Origin: Thalia democratica
Lineage: Eukaryota
Direction: 5' to 3'
DNA length: 64,000 bases
Assembly: GCA_965202585.1 (NCBI GenBank)
Contig: OZ241833.1
Coordinates: 3,658,001 to 3,722,000, forward strand
The notes under the pieces were generated by a model. That model searched no databases. It saw nothing but the letters and a program-made list of their open reading frames with translations, and was not told where the DNA came from. Within the stretch, counting starts at the first letter, position 1. Each line of letters opens with the position of its first letter. The position numbers and the translations under genes were made by a program. Positions 38,384 to 51,730 of this stretch are shown here, in pieces.

Positions 38384-39001
38384 TGTAACCTACAGATGTA
38401 GGTACCTTTAATACTAAACTTAACTTATACTAAATAATGATACTAATAATACTTAGGCTACTCTATATAAAACTAGGCATGACATGAGTTAACATATTTT
38501 ATATAAAGAACAATTGCAAACACTAACAAATATGTAAAGAACATCAAATTAAGAAAATACTTTAAATGTGGTCAAAACCTTTACACAAGTTTTAATCTAG
38601 CAAGAATATACTTTAAGAATGTATAAAACAAAATACGAGTTAACTATTTAGAATGTAACTAAGAAATACTTATAAAAATAATACTAATCAAAAAACACTT
38701 TATATAACACAAGAAAACAATATAAATGTCTATCCTTCATTATCACGTTTACTGCAGCAGGCTGTGGCTAGAATCTCCCCATCTGTCTGTTGTATCAGCT
38801 TATATATAACATTCCATAACTCAATGTTGCATCAGGGTTTCTGGTCTGCACTTTATTTTCTCCTTTTGTCAACTGTATTAAACTTGGATCAGTATAAAAC
38901 TTGACCTTGCCAGCTTTCTCTTGACGCTTGAATGAACTTTTAGCTCAAAACTTCCAACCAAATTTAAACAGTAATCAAGTGCAACTTGATATCCTGTTAC
39001 A
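38384..39001 (-). mobile_element. Complete 618-bp LTR in 5'-LTR configuration (followed by PBS)
   Basis: TGTAAC...GTTACA termini, PBS 2 nt downstream, TATA box, and the PPT seen before the sister arm. Confidence 0.8.
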
Positions 39002-39669
39002 CCTTTTCAACGCTTTAACAAAGTGACAGAGTTATATTAAATTTAACTATGGATCATCTTAATCTTTATACTTAAGGTTTAAAACAATTTTAACATGTTG
39101 CTTTTTATTTTATAATAAATATAATTAGCCCTACCTTGAACACTGTGTACTTTTCAAGTTGATAGTTGCTGTAAATGTAAAACAAAAAAAAAGACAAATC
39201 ATTTATAACGATTAATGATAGTGCAGACACAAGCTGCATCTAGAACCATTGGGTTAAAGAATGATGAAAAATATGAATGGTCTGTTCAAAACAGAAAAGA
39301 CAATTGGGATAAATGGTTTCAATAACAATTTTCACTTTAAAAACAAATTGGATCAGGAAGGTGCCCCTTAGTTGTTGGTAATACCAGAGGAAATGTGAAA
39401 CCAGAGTACTGTCCATTCTTCCAAAATGAAAAAAAATAACCGACGCAGTTAGCCATCCTGGACCACACAAACGCAAGATGCGTCCAAACAAAAAGACTAC
39501 GCACGATGAGACACAACAAGCTGCTAGACATGATGTCGTGCTAGATCACATGATAAAAGCCTGAAGCAGCAAAGAGTGGATGCTGAAAAGATACGTCAGA
39601 GAGCCTAACATTAAAGGGGAAGGGGCAATTAGAAACTGAAGCCCGATATACCCAGCAATCAAAGATATC

Positions 39670-41095
39670 ATCAGCGTATGTAGCGTGGCTAATGAATAGA
39701 TTCATAGAAATAAAGAGGGTACAAGAATCGCTGAAAGACTTCAAGCTGCACCTACATCCAATGGAAGCGGCTGAAGGAAAAGGTCGTGGGTTCCCGACGG
39801 TCTCAATCGGGAAATGGTTCGTGCGGTCGACGTACACACTTGGAAAAGCTGGTTCAACCGGTTTCTAGACCGCGGGCTACTGCCAAAGATGCTGCGGCGG
39901 TTCAGGTTGACGCTTATCCTTAAAGTCGACGAGCCAAAGTCTCCCGGGGACTACAGACCCATCAGCGTCGGATCAATGGCGAGGAAGTTGTTCAGCATGG
40001 TGCTGAACGCCAGACTGAGTAGGATCTACAGACCGCGGGCTACCTGGGCATAGAGTTGCAATCCCGGAAGGGAGCACTCGAGTGACCCACGATATAGACC
40101 GCCTTTTGGGCAGAACAGAGGCGTGCAAGCTTACCGTGCAGCAGAAGCTGCACATCGTCAGAAACAACAAGATGGCAAAAGCGCGTTACGTCACCGACCT
40201 TGGCAAGGTCAGGGACGAGTAAACCAATTACTGTGATGTCCGGGGGCGGGAGTGCGTCCGTAGGCTCTGCGATCCAGATCGGTCCGTTCCGGACGCTTAC
40301 ATCCATGCCAACGCCAGAGATGGCGGCATGGAAATAGCGCGTCTGGTCGAGACCACCAACCAAAGCAGGTCCCGCCGCAGGTCGCGGTTCGAACGATTAT
40401 TCGACGACTCTCAGGCGCGGGCCACGGGCAGGTGGATAAGGCCAGGACACTGAGCATTCGGAGATACGAAGCCTCTGGGCCACGGAGGGTGGAGCGAACC
40501 TGCGGAACCACACGGCCGGGAGCGGCTACCGCAGCCTATGGATTCGTACCTTGCCTTCCGGTGTGGAGGAGAGTACGTTCGTCGGTGAGAGCTCGAATTG
40601 GAGACGTCAGACCCGAACCGTCGGGAGGAGACTGCCAACACTGCCCGGGCTTGGTGACGTTGATAAGGCACGTTCTCAACGAGTGTCACCCAGGACATGG
40701 TCGCAAAAAGACACGAGGCGGTGGTGGAGAAGCTTTGGGACTGCTACGATCGTACCGGCGGGGAGCGTCAGGTGAGTACGGAGCAGACTTCATACTGTTC
40801 GACCCACAGGGGTTCGGACTGGCCGTGAGCGTCGCAATTGTGGATTCGGGAATGAACCTTTGTGAAGTTAGAGACCGCCTCTACGGAGAAGAGGAGTTGG
40901 TGTACGCGCACGCGAACGGCGCCGATGAAGCTTTCTTCCTGGTAATGGATGATCGAGGAGTATGGGCGAAAGACAGCCGGTCCGACTTGAAGAAGATCGG
41001 CTTGGAAAAGAAGAAGAAGAAGGCTTTGGGGTAGCTACGACCGAATAGAGAGAATGTATTGGAGAGGTTGAGCCGAGTCGGGGCCTGGAACAGCG
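39670..41095 (+). mobile_element. R2-like family 2 copy with internal RT deletion
   Basis: Jumps from ARLSRI to YLGI; RLE region ends KKIGLEKKKKKALG*. Confidence 0.85.
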
Positions 41096-41739
41096 ATGTC
41101 TGTGTTAGAAGACAAAGAGAAGAGATAAAAATAGAGTTTTATCCAACTATATATTAAAAAACTGCTTTTAGTTTCATTCTGAAAAAAAATTTTCATATCT
41201 AATAAAAACCAATCTTATGTATAAGAACCATTACTAGTTGTGCAAGATTAACAAGTTGCAATGGTAAAATTTTAATAAATATGGTTTATTTCAAATGCAT
41301 AATAGTTTTATTTAAAATTTTAAATTTAATAAAATAGTTAGCAAAAGTTATTGTTTGTTATTACTAACATTATTATTTAAAAAAACCTGAGATACAGATG
41401 AAATAGCTCGGCTACTCAATATATATGACAATATCAGCTATTTAGCTAGAAAAATGTGGCAGAATTGTGCAACTGAAAATTATGAAAGTTAGATAAAATT
41501 ATGCAATATGTATTATGTTTGTAAAAGTAACTATTGACATTTAGTTTTAGTAGTATATGAGTAAAAAATATTTTTGTTTGCTAAAAGTTATTTAAATATT
41601 TTCAAAGGAGAACATTCTCGATTTACTAGTAATAAGCAAGTAAGAAAGGCGAATCAAGAATCACAATTGAAATAGGAAAAGACCTGAAGGACTACCTTGA
41701 AAAATTTTATTATTGGAAAATTAACTTAGTATGAAATAC

Positions 41740-42120
41740 AAAGAGGGCGTTTTCTTGAATGTAGGTGCATTTGTGCATAAAAGGAGGAATCTCTCATACG
41801 CTTACTTGGACTTAAAAAAGGCGTTCGATTCCATGAGGCATTCCGAATTACTCTAGGTTATGGCTTTGAACGGTGTGCCTAGGCGGTTGGTAGCGTTGTT
41901 GGCCGACATGTACAACTTGGGTGTTGCAAACAGGTACTGCGCTTAGAAAAGGGCGTGTTGCAAGGTTTCTTTCGCCTTTACTTTCCAACTTGGCGTTGGA
42001 CGAGGATCTCTGGAGCATACGGGGCAGGTCGGTTAGCAAAGGACGGTCCAAAGGTGGGTTTCGGTTATTCGGCTTGCGTCAACGATCTTGTTGTTTTCGC
42101 CAATTGTCCGGGCCAGCTGA
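41740..42120 (+). pseudogene. RT relic of a fourth non-LTR family fused to a Penelope N-terminal fragment; also near 46060, 49710, 60625
   Basis: YAYLDLKKAFDS...GVPRRLV...GV(L)Q..LSPLLSNLALDE...GYLAYVDDLVVF in the best copies. Confidence 0.75.
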
Positions 42121-44254
42121 AAATCATTATGTTGGTTATGAACGCCAACTGTTTGTGAGCAAGGAATACGTGGTCGTGGAGAACAGTTCCGGATTTCAAT
42201 ACGTTGTAGGATCATGTTTTATTAAACAATTAGCATCAAACAATGTACAATTATCTAAAGAGAAAGCGTACAAAACATATTTCCTGAAAAAAAAATCATC
42301 GCAACATTTGTTCTGCCGCAAGAAACTGTATAATAATACTACAAGATACCAAGATTGCGATTATTGTATGAACATAATAAATGATGCTCTAGAAAAGAAC
42401 TACACAAAACTTCAATTAAATGAACCAAAGGTTAGGGAAATAATCATTAAGAATAAGGAAGAAATGAATGAAATTGTAATGAGTCTGTGTGAAAACTAGG
42501 CACGTCGGTGCGGAGGAGGCGTTCTTCCTAGTGATGGATGATCGAGGAGCCTGGGCAAGAGGCAGCCCGTTCGATTCGAAAAGGATCGGCTTGGAAAAGT
42601 CAGTTCACGATCTATTGTCAGTTGAGGTCTTGGCATGGACCGCCAAGATAGTTGCGTATTGGAACCGCAACCCGCGAACCCACAGGCCGCCTACTAGGCA
42701 CTACGGAGAAGAGGCGACGGTGTACGCGCACGCGAACGGCGCCGATGAAGCTTTCTTCCTGGTAATGGATGATCGAGGAGTATGGGCGAAAGACAGCCGG
42801 TCCGACTTGAAGAAGATCGGCTTGGAAAAGTCAGTTCACGATCTATTGTCAGTTGATGTCTTGGCATGGACCGCCAAGATAGTTGCATATTGGAACCGCA
42901 ACCCGCGAACCCACAGGATGCCGACGGGGAGGTGGACGCTAACGTCAGTTTTGCTTCATTTTTAAAAATGTTTATTTAAACGCTTTAGTATTCATAGTGA
43001 AAAAGATATTTTTATACTTATCAATAGTAACACTATGTAAAAAGAATTACTTCAAGTTGTGCAACAGTTGTGTGCAGAAGCTGAAATAGTAAATTGAAAA
43101 ATGTATTGTTTTTTTATAAAGCTGTAACCTTAGATACTTTTTAAACATGGTGACACAGTTAAAGTGAATATAACAACTATAAATAATTTTTTGTCCGTTA
43201 AAAGACACAGCTATTTGTTGGAGAAAATTCCCGCTTTATTTCTGCTCTACTCTATTCAGAAGCACAACTAAAATACCAAACAATTTTTTTTTGCTGGAGA
43301 TGATTTTGTGAATACTTGATAAATAAGGTACGTAACTATATACAAAAAAAATAGTATACAAAAGATTTAGTAAAATAAAACTGACTGTGGAGGAGCACTA
43401 ATACTATCTCGGGATCGAACTGCATCCTGAGGGGAGCACGGTTCAAGTAAAAAATTGGAGGAAAAGAAAGTTATATATTTATTAAGACAAATCTTTAAGT
43501 CTTTTTTATTGATTTATTTATGTAGGCAATTTCAGACAAGATTCATGAATTATAATATTAATAAGTAAATTTATAGTTAAGAAACTATGTAATTATTATA
43601 CTATCTTAAAAAATATCTCTAAGCAGATTTAAATAATTAAGTTTGTTTCGTTAAAATAAGAGCATTTTAGAACTATATATACTAAAAAAGCTTTATGTCA
43701 ATTGTGGCAAAATATGTTTTCATATTTTAAAGCCTTTTAAAGCATATATTTTGAAAAAACAGCCAATACCATTTGTACTATCTGCAATGATAGTATTAAA
43801 AAAGTACCTTTTTCAACGCTTTAACAAAGTGACAGAGTTATATTAAATTTAACTATGGATCATCTTAAGCTTTATACTTAAGGTTTAAAACAATTTTAAT
43901 ATGTTGCTTTTTATTTTACAATAAATATATTTAGCCCTACCTTGAACACTGAGTATTTTTAAGTTGATAGTTGCTGTAAATGTAAAACAAAAAAAAAGAC
44001 AAATCAGTTATAATAATCAAAGATAGCGTATATAAAAGTTGCATCTAGAACCATTGGGTAAAAGAATGATCGAAAAATGTCTGTTCAAAACAGAAAAGAC
44101 AATTGGGATATATGGTTTCAATAAAACACCTGTGTGAATGTGAACCTTAGTTGGTGGTAATACCAGAGGAAATGTGAAACCTGAGTACTGCCCATTCTGC
44201 TAAAATGAGAAAAAATAACTGACGCAGTTAGCCATCCTGGACCACATCCAAACC

Positions 44255-45415
44255 ATCCCGGAGAACGGCCTCTGGTATGTCGCCAGCAGGCCGAAAATTA
44301 TGATCTACGGCGGGCGCGTCGCCAACTTGAGTGCAGAACAGCACTACCGCTACCTGGGCATAGAGTTGCAATCCCGGAAGGGAGCACTCGAGTGACCCTC
44401 GACATAGACCGCCTTTTGGGCAGAACAAAGGCGTGCAAGCTTACCGTGCAGCAGAAGCTGCACATCGTCAGAAACAACAAGCTGGCAAAAGCGCGTTACG
44501 TCACCGACCTTGGCAAGGTCAGGGACGAATAAACCAATTACTGTGATGTCCGGGTGCGGGAGTGCGTCCGTAGGCTCTGCGATCTAGATCGGTCCGTTCC
44601 GGACGCTTACATCCATGCCAACTCAGAGATGGCGGCATGGAAATACCGCGTCTGGTCGAGACCACCAACCGAAGCAGGTCCCGCCGCAGGTCGCGGTTCA
44701 AACGAATATTCGACGACCCTCAGGCGCGGGCCATGGGCAGGTGGATAAGGCCAGGACAGAGAGTTTCTGAGCATTCGGAGAGACGAAGCCTCTGGACCAC
44801 GGAGGGTGGAACCTGCGGAACCACACGGTAGGAAGAGGCTACCGCAGCCTATGGATTCGTACCTTGCCTTCCGGTGTGGAAGAGAGTACGTTCGTCGGTG
44901 AGAGCTCGAATTGGAGACGTCAGACCCGAACCGTCGGGAGGAAACTGCCAACACTGCTAGGGCTTGGTGACGTCGGTGAGGCACGTACTCAACGAGTGTC
45001 ACACAGGACCTGGTCGCAAAAAGACACGAGGCGGTGATGGAGAAGCTTTAGGACTGTTACGATCGTATCGAGAGGATGTACCGGCGGGGAGCGTCAGGTG
45101 AGTACGGAGCAGACTTCATACTGTTCGACCCACAGGGGTTCGGACTGGCCGTGAGCGTCGCAATTGTGGATTCGGGAATGAACCTTTGTGAAGTTAGAGA
45201 CCGCCTCTACGGAGAAGAGGAGTTGGTGTACGCGCACGCGAACGGCGCCGATGAAGCTTTCTTCCTGGTCATGGATGATCGAGGAGCATGGGCGAAAGAC
45301 AGCCGGTCCGACTTGAAGAAGGTCGGCTTGGAGAAGAAGAAGAAGAAGGCTTTGGGGTAGCTACGACCGAATAGAGAGAATGTATTGGAGAGGCGAGTTG
45401 GCCTGGAACAGCGAT
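44255..45415 (+). mobile_element. R2-like family 2 3' fragment
   Basis: YRYLGI to RLE region, near-identical to the other copies. Confidence 0.85.
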
Positions 45416-48024
45416 GTCTGTGTTGGAAGACAAAGAGAAGAGAGAAAAATAGAGTTTTTGAACTATATATTAAAAAACAGCTTTTAGTTTCAGTCTGAAA
45501 AAAAAAATTTTCATATCTAATAAAACCAATATTATGTATAAGAACCATTACTAGTTGTGCAAGATTAACAAGTTGCAATGGTAAAATTTTAATAAATATG
45601 GTTTATTTCAAATGTCTAATAGTTTTATTTAAAATTTTTAATTTAATAAAATAGTTAGCAAAAGTTATTGTTTGTTATTACAAATATTATTATTTTAAAA
45701 AACCTGAGATACAGATGAAATAGCTCGGCTACTCAATATATATGACAATATCAGCTATTTAGCTAGAAAAATGTGGAAGAATTGTGCAACAGAAAATTAT
45801 GAAAGTTAGATTAAACTATGCAATATGTATTATGTTTGTAAAAGTAACTATTGACATTCAGTTTTAGTAGTATTTGGGTAAAAAATATTTTTGTTTGCTA
45901 AAGGTTATTTAAATATTTTCAAAGGAGAACATTTTCGATTTATTAGTAATAAGCAAGTAAGAAAGGTGAAACAAAGAATCACAATTGAAAGATGAAAAGA
46001 CCTGAAGGATTACCTTGAAAAATTTTTATAGTGGAAAATTAAGTTTGTATGAAATACAAAGAGGGCGTTTTCTTGAATGTGGGTGCATTTGTGCATAAAA
46101 GAGATCACAAGGAGGAATCTCTCATACGCTTACTTGGACTTGAAAAAGGCTTTCGATTCCACAAGGCATTCCGAATTGTTCTAGGTTATGGCTTTGATCG
46201 GTGTGCCCAGGCGGTTGTTGGCGTTGTTGGCCGACATGTACAGTGGTAAAACTTAGGTGTTGCAAAAAGGTACTGCGCTTAGAAAAGGGGGTGTTGCAAG
46301 CTAGTCCTCTTTCGCCTTAACTTTCCAACTTGGCGTTGGACGAGGCTCTCAGGAGCATACGTCGGTTTTGTTAGCAAAGGACGGTCCAAAGGTGGTATTC
46401 GGTTTTTTGGCTTACGTCGACGATCTTGTTGTTTTCGCTTATTGTCCGGACCAGCTGAAAATCATTATGTTGGTTATGAACGCCAACTGTTTGTGAGCAA
46501 GGAATACGTGGTCGTGGAGAACAGTTCCGGATTTCAATACGTTGTAGGATCATGTTTTATTAATAGATTAGCATCAAACAATGTACAATTTTCCAAAAAG
46601 CGTACAAAACATATTTCCTGAAAAAAAAATCATCGCAACGTTTGCTCTGCCGCAAGAAACTGCATAAGAAAATAATGCTTTAAGGTATCAAGATTGCGAT
46701 TATTATATAAAGATAATAAATGATGCTCTAGAAAAGAACTACACAAAACTTTAATTAAATGAACCAAAGGTTAGGGAAATAACCAATAAAAATAAAGAAG
46801 AAATGAATTAAATTGTAATGAGTCTGTGTGAAAATCAGGCACGTCGGTGCGGAGGAGCCGATCTTCCTAGTAATGGAAGATCGAGGAACAAAAGACAGCC
46901 AGACCGATTTGAGAAAGATCGGCTTGGAGAAGACGGTTCACGATCTATTGTCAGTTGATGTCTTGGCATGGACCGCCAAGATAGTTGCGTATTGAAATCG
47001 CAACCCGCGAACCCACAGGCCGCCGACGGGTAGGTGGACGCTAACGTCAGTTTTGCTTCATTTTTAGAAATGTATATTTAAAACGCTTTAAAGTTTATAG
47101 TGAAAAAGATATTTTTATACTTATCAATAATATACTATGTAAAAAGAATTAGTTCAAGTTGTGCATAAGTTGTTTGCAGAAGCTGAAATAGTAAGTTGAA
47201 AAATGTATTGTTTATTATAAACCTGTAACATTAGATACTTCTGAAACATGGTGACACAGTAAAAATGAATATAACAACTATAAAATATTTTTTTGTCCTT
47301 TAAAAGACACAGCTATTTGTTGGAGAAAATTCCCGCTTTATTTCTGCTCTACTCTATTCAGAAGCACAACTAAAAAAACAAACAATATTTTATTGCTGGA
47401 GATGATTTTGTGAATACTTGATAAATAAGGTACGTAACTGTATACAAAATAAAATAGTATACAAAAGAATTGATAAAATAAAACTGACTGTGGAGGAGCA
47501 CTAATACTATCTCGGGATCGAACTGCATCCTTGGAGGAAAGAAATATATATTTATTTAAACAAATCTAAAAGTCTTGATTATTGTTTTATTTATGTAGGC
47601 AATTTCAGACAAGATTCATGAATTATAATATTAAAAAGTAAATTTATAGTTAAGAAACTATGTAATTATTATACTATCTTGAAAAAGATCCTTAAGCAGA
47701 TTTAAATATATAAGTTTGTTTCATTAAAATAAGAGCATTTTAGAACTATATATACTAAAAAGGCTTTATGTTAATTATGGCAGAATATGTTTTCATATTT
47801 AAAAGCCATTAATATTTTGTAAAAAAAGTTTAACCATTTGTACTATCTGCAATGATAGTATTAAAAAACTACCTTTTTTAAAGCTTTAACAAAGTGACAG
47901 AGTTATATTAAATTAAACTATGGATCACCTTAGGCTTGATACTTGAGTTTTAAAACAATTATAACCTGTTGCTTTTTATTTTACAATAAATATAGTTAGC
48001 TCTACCCTGAACACTGCAGACAAA

Positions 48025-49065
48025 AATAGATCGTCTGACGGCCAGAATGCTAGCGTACGGCTTGAAGCTCAAGCCGTCGAAATGTGCAGCCGCACACCTG
48101 AGAAGACACCCGGAGAACGGCCTGTGGTATGTCGCCAGCAGGCCGAAAATTATGATCTACGGCGGGCGCGTCGCCAACTTGAGTGCAGATGAGCACTACC
48201 GCTACCTGGGCATAGAGTTGCAATCCCGGAAGGGAGCACTCGAGTGACCCTCGATATTCCTTTTGGGCAGAACAAAGGCGTGCAAGCTTACCGTGCAGCA
48301 GAAGTTGCACATCGTCAGAAACAACAAGCTGGAAAAAGCGCGTTACGTCATCGACCTTGGCAAGGTCGGGGACGAGTAAACCAATTACTGTGATGTTCGG
48401 GTGCGGGAGTGCGTCCGTAGGCTCTGCGATCTAGATCGGTCCGTTCCGGACGCTTACATCCATGCCGACGCCAGAGATGGCGGCATGGAAATACCACCAA
48501 CCGAAGCAGGTCCCGCCGCAGGTCGCGGTTCGAACGAATATTCGACAACCCTCAGGCGCGGGCCACGGGCAGCGATAATGTAGTTTATATTATGTTATAA
48601 TGTAGTTTATAGATAATGCCAGGACAGCGAGTTCCCGAGCATTCGAAGTTAGAGACCGCCTCTACGGAGAAGAGGAGTTGGTGCACGCGCACGGCGCCGA
48701 TGAAGCTTTCTTCCTGGTCATGGATGATCGAAGATAATGGGCGAAAGACAGCCAATCCGACTTGAAGAATATCGGCTTGGAGAAGACGGTTCACGAGCGT
48801 CGCAATTGTGGATTCGGGAATGAACCTTTGTGAAGTTAGAGACCGCCTCTACGGAGAAGAGGAGTTGGTGTACGCGCACGCGAACGGCGCCGATGAAGCT
48901 TTCTTCCTGGTCATGGATGATCGAGGAGTATGGGCGAGAGGCAGCCGGTCCGACTTGGAGAAGATCGGCTTGGAGAAGAAGAAAAAGAAGGCTTTGGGGT
49001 AGCTACGACCGAATAGAGAGAATGTATTGGAGAGGTTGAGCCGATTCGGGGCCTGGAACAGCGAT
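48025..49065 (+). mobile_element. R2-like family 2 3' fragment, rearranged
   Basis: Same sequence with internal deletions and a duplicated RLE segment. Confidence 0.8.
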
Positions 49066-51424
49066 GTCTGTGTTAGAAGACAAAGAGAAGAGAGAAAAAT
49101 AGAGTTTTTTCGAACTATATATTAAAAAACAGCTTTTAGTTTCAGTCTGAAAAAAATTATTTTAATATCTAAGAAAAACCAATATTATGTATAAGAACCA
49201 TTACTAGTTGTGCAAGATTAACAATGAAATGGTTAAAATTTTAATAAATATGGTTTATTTCAAATGTCTAATAGTTTTATTTATTATTAAATTTAATAAA
49301 AAGTTACAAAAAGTTTTTGTTTGTTATTACAAATATAATTATTTTAAAAAACCTGAGATACAGATGAAATAGCTCGGCTACTCAATATATATGACAATAT
49401 CAGCTATTTAGCAAGAAAAATGTGGCAGAATTGTGCAACAGAAAATTATGAAAGTTAGATAAAACTATGCAACATGTTTTATGTTTGTATAAGTAACTAT
49501 TGACATTTAGTTTTAGTAGTATATGAGTAAAAAATATTTTAGTTTGCTAAAAGTTATTTAAATATTTTCCAAGGAGAACATTCTCGATTTATAGTAATAA
49601 GCAAGTAAGAAAGGCGAAGGAAAGAATCATAATTGAAAGAGGAATAGACCTGAAGGACTACCTTGAAAAATTTTATTATTGGAAAATTAACTTTGTATGA
49701 AATACAAAGAGGGCGTTTTCTTGAATGTGAGTGCATTTGTGCATAAAAGAGAACATAAGGAGGAATCTCTCGTACGCTTACTTGGACTTGAAAAAGGCGT
49801 TCGATTCCACAAGGCATTCCGAATTGCTCTGGGTTATGACTTTGAACGGTGTGCCTAGGCGGTTGGTGGCGTTATTGGCCAACATGTACAAAAACTTAGG
49901 TGTTGCAAACAGGTACTGCGCTTAGAAAAGGACGTGTTGCAAGGTTTCGCCTTTACTTTCCAACTTAGCGTTGGACGAGGCTCTCAGGAGCATATGTCGG
50001 TTTTGTTAGCAAAGGACGGTCCAAAGGTTGGATTCGGTTATTTGGCTTACGTCGACGATCTTGTTGTTTTTGCCAATTGTCCGGATCAGCTTTTGCAGAA
50101 ACTCATTGTGAGGGGAACGTGGTCGTGGAGTTCCGGATTTCAATGCGTTGTAGGATCATGTTTTATTATTAGATTAGCATCAAACAATGTACAACTTTCT
50201 AAAGAGCAAGCGTATAAAACATATTTGCTGGAAAAAAATCATCGCAACGTTAGTTCTGTCGCAAGAAACTGTATGAGAAAATAATACTACAAGATATCAA
50301 GATTGCGATTATTATATAAAGATATTAAATGATGCTCTAGAAAAGAACTACACAAAACTTTAATTAAATGAACCAAAGGTTAGGGAAATAATCAATAAGA
50401 ATAAAGAAGAAATGAATGAAATTTTAATGAGTGTGTGTGAAAACAACATCATTGATGAAAATATGCTATATATAATCAATAACAAGAACAAAATTTAGTA
50501 ATTTTAGAAAAGGACATGGTCGCAAAAAGACACGAGGCGGTGATGGAGAAGCTTTAGGACTGTTACGATCGTATCGAGAGGATGTCCAGGCGGGGAGCGT
50601 CAGGTGAGTACAGAGCAGACTTCATACTGTTCGACCCACAGGGGTTCGGACTGGCCGTGAGCGTCGCAATTGTGGATTCGGGAATGAACCTTTGTGAAGT
50701 TAGCCTCTACGGAGAAGAGGAGTTGGTGTACGCGCACGCGAACGGCGCCGATAAAGCTTTCTTCCTGGTAATGGATGATCGAGGAATATGGGCGAAAGAC
50801 AGCCGGTCCGACTTGGAGAAGATCGGCTTGGAAAAGTCAGTTCACGATCTATTGTCAGTTGATGTCTTGGCATGGACCGCCAAGATAGTTGCATATTGGA
50901 ACCGCAACCCGCGAACCCACAGGATGCCGACGGGTAGGTGGACGCTAACGTCAGTTTTGCTTCATTTTTAGAAATGTTTATTTAAACGCTTTAGTATTCA
51001 TAGTGAAAAAAATATTTTTATACTTATCAATAGTAACACTATGTGAAAAGAATTACTTTAAGTTGTGAAAAGTTGTTTGCAGAAGCTGAAATAGTAAATT
51101 GAAAAATGTATTGTTTATTATAAAGCTGTAACCTTAGATAATTCTTAAAGATGGTGACACAGTAAAAGTGAATATAACAACTATAAAATATTTTTTTGTC
51201 TGTATAAAGACACAGCCATTTGTTGGAGAAAATTCCCGCTTTATTTCTGCTCTACTCTATTCAGAAGCACAACTAAAATAACATACAATATTTTATTGCT
51301 GGAGATGATTTTGTGAATACTTGATAAATTATAATCATTATTATAGTAATATTAAGTGAATTAGTAAAATAAAACTGACAGTGGAGGAGCACTAACGCTA
51401 TCTCAAGATCGAACTGCACCCTGA

Positions 51425-51730
51425 CAGGGTTGCCACTCATTTTTCCAAATTTCTTCCAAGTTTTTAAAAGTACACATTTTTGGGTCTATTTTTAGTTTAA
51501 GTTAATTTCTATTAAAAAAACTGTGTGAAAAGATACTTTAAATGTGTTTTTTAATAAAAAAATTTTTTGATGGTGACAAAAAATCTTAATTGTATGATAG
51601 ATTTTAACTGAAAATGTTAAAGTTATAAAAATTCCAGGTTTTTCCAGGTTTTTAGATCAAATTTCCAGGTTTTTTTCAAAATTTCTCAATTCCAGGTTTT
51701 TTTCAGGTTTCCAGGTAAAGTGGCAACCTG
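51425..51730. mobile_element. hAT-type MITE (306 bp)
   Basis: CAGGGTTGCCAC...GTGGCAACCTG termini and repeated TTCCAGGTTTT subterminal motifs. It is absent from other spacer-B copies (empty site ATCCTGAGGGG). Flanks are CCTGA/TCTGA. Confidence 0.85.

Noticed and set aside
36756-39001. Ginger-type DNA transposon (TGT...ACA TIRs, 4-bp TSD)
   Set aside because: The right arm continues into a 618-bp TG...CA unit followed by a tRNA PBS, and the left arm is preceded by a PPT. An LTR origin explains more features, though the Ginger reading is not formally excluded.
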